Shown in pieces: positions 44,728-46,402 of a stretch of DNA of 46,402 bases. The first letter of the stretch is position 1. Every line of letters starts with the position of its first letter. The translations under genes and the position numbers were made by a program. The notes beneath the pieces are model-generated. The model saw nothing but the letters and a program-made list of their open reading frames with translations, did not search any database and had not been told where the DNA came from. Source of the stretch: a virus (taxonomy: Duplodnaviria; Caudoviricetes). Location of the stretch: the IMG/VR virus record IMGVR_UViG_3300033487_000013, positions 1 through 46,402 of that record; one strand, written 5' to 3'.

Positions 44728-46269
44728 ATGTTAAAAGAAAAAATTACTCAACAAGATTTAGAATTATTTGAACTTATAAAAAATCCAGTTTTATGTAATG
44801 AGTTTATTTATAATTTAGATAGGATGAGTTGGGAGGAAGAGTTTGAATTCACAGAGTACCAAAAAGAAATGCTGTGCGATTTCAATCAGTTCTCAGAATT
44901 CTGCACAGCTAGAGCTACAGGAAAAACAGTATCTCTTACTTCTTTAATCACATGGATGTTAGTATTTAAAGTATATCCAAAAGATTATATTGTTTACACA
45001 GTTCCTAATAAAGCACATCTTCAACCTGTTTGGCAAAATTTAAATAGACACTTCAGATCTAATTCTTTATTACGATCTTTAATTCCCTCCTCTGGAGGAT
45101 TTAATAGTTCATCTTTTGAATTGGCTTTACTTAATCTTTCCAACTTAATTTGTAGAATTGCAGGTCAAACTGGAACAGGAGCAAATGTAATTGGTTTACA
45201 TTCTCCATGTATATTTCTAGACGAGGGAGGGTATTATCCTTGGGGGACTTGGACAGAACTTCAACCAGTTCTAAATACATTTACTAAAGGATATAGAATG
45301 GTAGTCGCTGGAGTTCCTACAGGACTTAGAGAAAATAATGTTCTTTATACTGTAGATCAAGAGGACAGTTCTTATACAAAGCATAGAGTTTCCGCTTACG
45401 ATAATCCTAGATTTTCAGAGAAAGATGAGGTTCATGCAATAGAGCAGTACGGAGGAAAAGATCACGACGACTTTATTCATTTAGTGCTAGGGGAGCATGG
45501 CTCTCCAATTTTTTCCATCTTCGATAGAAACTTAATGCATATATCTAATTACCCAGTTTATAAATTAGTATTAGATGGTATCAAACTAAAAGAAAATTTT
45601 CAAGATTACTTCCTACACTTATCAACTTTCCCAGTTACTAAATCAAAGTATATTTTATTTGGAATAGACTTAGGCTATACAGAACCGACTGCTATAGTCA
45701 TTCTGTATGAAGATGGCGGAGTATTAAAGTTTCATGGAAGAATTCAATTGAATAAAGTATCTTATCCAGTTCAAGAAAAGATAATAGATTATTTAGATTC
45801 TAAATTCAAACCATCCATCATAGGAATTGATGAGGGTTCTTCTGGTAAAGCAGTAATTCAAAAACTTAAAGAGGGAGAAGAATATTTACATAAGAAGTTT
45901 GATAAAAGAATTATGCCAATTAACTTTTCTTCTTCACTTTCTTTAGGAACAGATTCAGAAGGAAATGAAATTAAATCTAAAACAAAACCGTTTTCAGTTT
46001 CAGTTTTACAAGAGTATTCAAACAATCATAAGATTGTTTATACATCTACAGATTTGGAATTAGTTTCAGAACTAGAAAGGATGACCTACTCTAAAAATCC
46101 TAATGGGGAAATTCAGTATAAGACGCTGACAATGAGAGGCGGAAAGAGAGGAGAGGATCACTTTACCCAAGCTTTGCTATGTGCATCCTTGGCTTATTAT
46201 TTAGAAAACGAAACACTTCTCCCCGCTAGGAAAGTGGTTAGATTATTTCAAGCAAAATGGGCTTATTAA
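44728..46269 (+). CDS. terL: Terminase large subunit
   Basis: YQ..., AR.TGKT, FLDEG, nuclease GIDLG..EPT, IGID, DH. Confidence 0.85.
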   Translation: MLKEKITQQDLELFELIKNPVLCNEFIYNLDRMSWEEEFEFTEYQKEMLCDFNQFSEFCTARATGKTVSLTSLITWMLVFKVYPKDYIVYTVPNKAHLQPVWQNLNRHFRSNSLLRSLIPSSGGFNSSSFELALLNLSNLICRIAGQTGTGANVIGLHSPCIFLDEGGYYPWGTWTELQPVLNTFTKGYRMVVAGVPTGLRENNVLYTVDQEDSSYTKHRVSAYDNPRFSEKDEVHAIEQYGGKDHDDFIHLVLGEHGSPIFSIFDRNLMHISNYPVYKLVLDGIKLKENFQDYFLHLSTFPVTKSKYILFGIDLGYTEPTAIVILYEDGGVLKFHGRIQLNKVSYPVQEKIIDYLDSKFKPSIIGIDEGSSGKAVIQKLKEGEEYLHKKFDKRIMPINFSSSLSLGTDSEGNEIKSKTKPFSVSVLQEYSNNHKIVYTSTDLELVSELERMTYSKNPNGEIQYKTLTMRGGKRGEDHFTQALLCASLAYYLENETLLPARKVVRLFQAKWAY

Positions 46270-46271
46270 TT

Positions 46272-46402
46272 ATGACAGATGAACCTAATATAAAATTAGT
46301 TGGTGCTACAGCGGCTTTCATGTATCCTTATGGACAGAACGTTTCTAATAGCAATCCTTGGTCGCCTTCAGATGTTGATCGATTAGAGATTACTAACTTC
46401 GA
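46272..46402 (+). CDS. Partial ORF after terL (portal by synteny)
   Basis: ATG 2 nt after the terL stop, open to the window end; identity from position only. Confidence 0.35.
   Translation, partial: MTDEPNIKLVGATAAFMYPYGQNVSNSNPWSPSDVDRLEITNF

Noticed and set aside
13991-46269. Inteins or introns in nrdJ, dnaB, recA, polA or terL
   Set aside because: All are continuous and of ordinary length, with no splice-junction or homing-endonuclease motifs
1-46402. Bacterial chromosome or integrated prophage interpretation (recA, dnaB, polA, ruvB, guaB-like, gmhA)
   Set aside because: These genes are divergent and packed with a terminase, gp32-like SSB, dNMP kinase and many tiny ORFs; no integrase, att site or host flank is visible

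Overview
A gene-dense, AT-rich segment of a large tailed dsDNA phage genome in the standard genetic code. No integrase, rRNA or CRISPR array was seen. There are three transcription blocks. (1) 1-13.9 kb, + strand, the most AT-rich: many tiny ORFs joined by a stereotyped RBS junction, a phiEco32-type peptide-ligase module (amidoligase, COOH-NH2 ligase type 2, class II glutamine amidotransferase, ATP-grasp, C26 gamma-glutamyl hydrolase) with a RuvB-like ATPase inside it, and an Rnl2-like ligase. It ends at a bidirectional terminator. (2) 14-36 kb, - strand: replication, recombination and nucleotide metabolism (RNase HI, PolA, RecA, gp32-like SSB, DnaB, Hjc-like resolvase, Cas4-like and DEDD nucleases, dNMP kinase, IMPDH/GMP reductase, primase, HAD nucleotidase, dUTPase, two DNA MTases, class II RNR). 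It also carries a sortase-like enzyme, an LPXTG-anchored Pro/Thr-repeat protein and a rearranged tRNA-Arg(UCU)-like RNA. (3) 36.3-46.4 kb, + strand: two more DNA MTases, a DUF2829/Tad2-like protein, a glycosylation island and the large terminase. Top candidates for new biology are the phage-encoded sortase/LPXTG pair, the tRNA whose D-loop sequence sits 3' of the anticodon arm, the peptide-ligase module and a stand-alone RNR zinc-ribbon. A Chloroflexota (Anaerolineae-like) host is inferred, not shown. All family assignments come from motif recognition by eye; no searches were run. Several starts were moved from the ORF track to RBS-supported ATGs.
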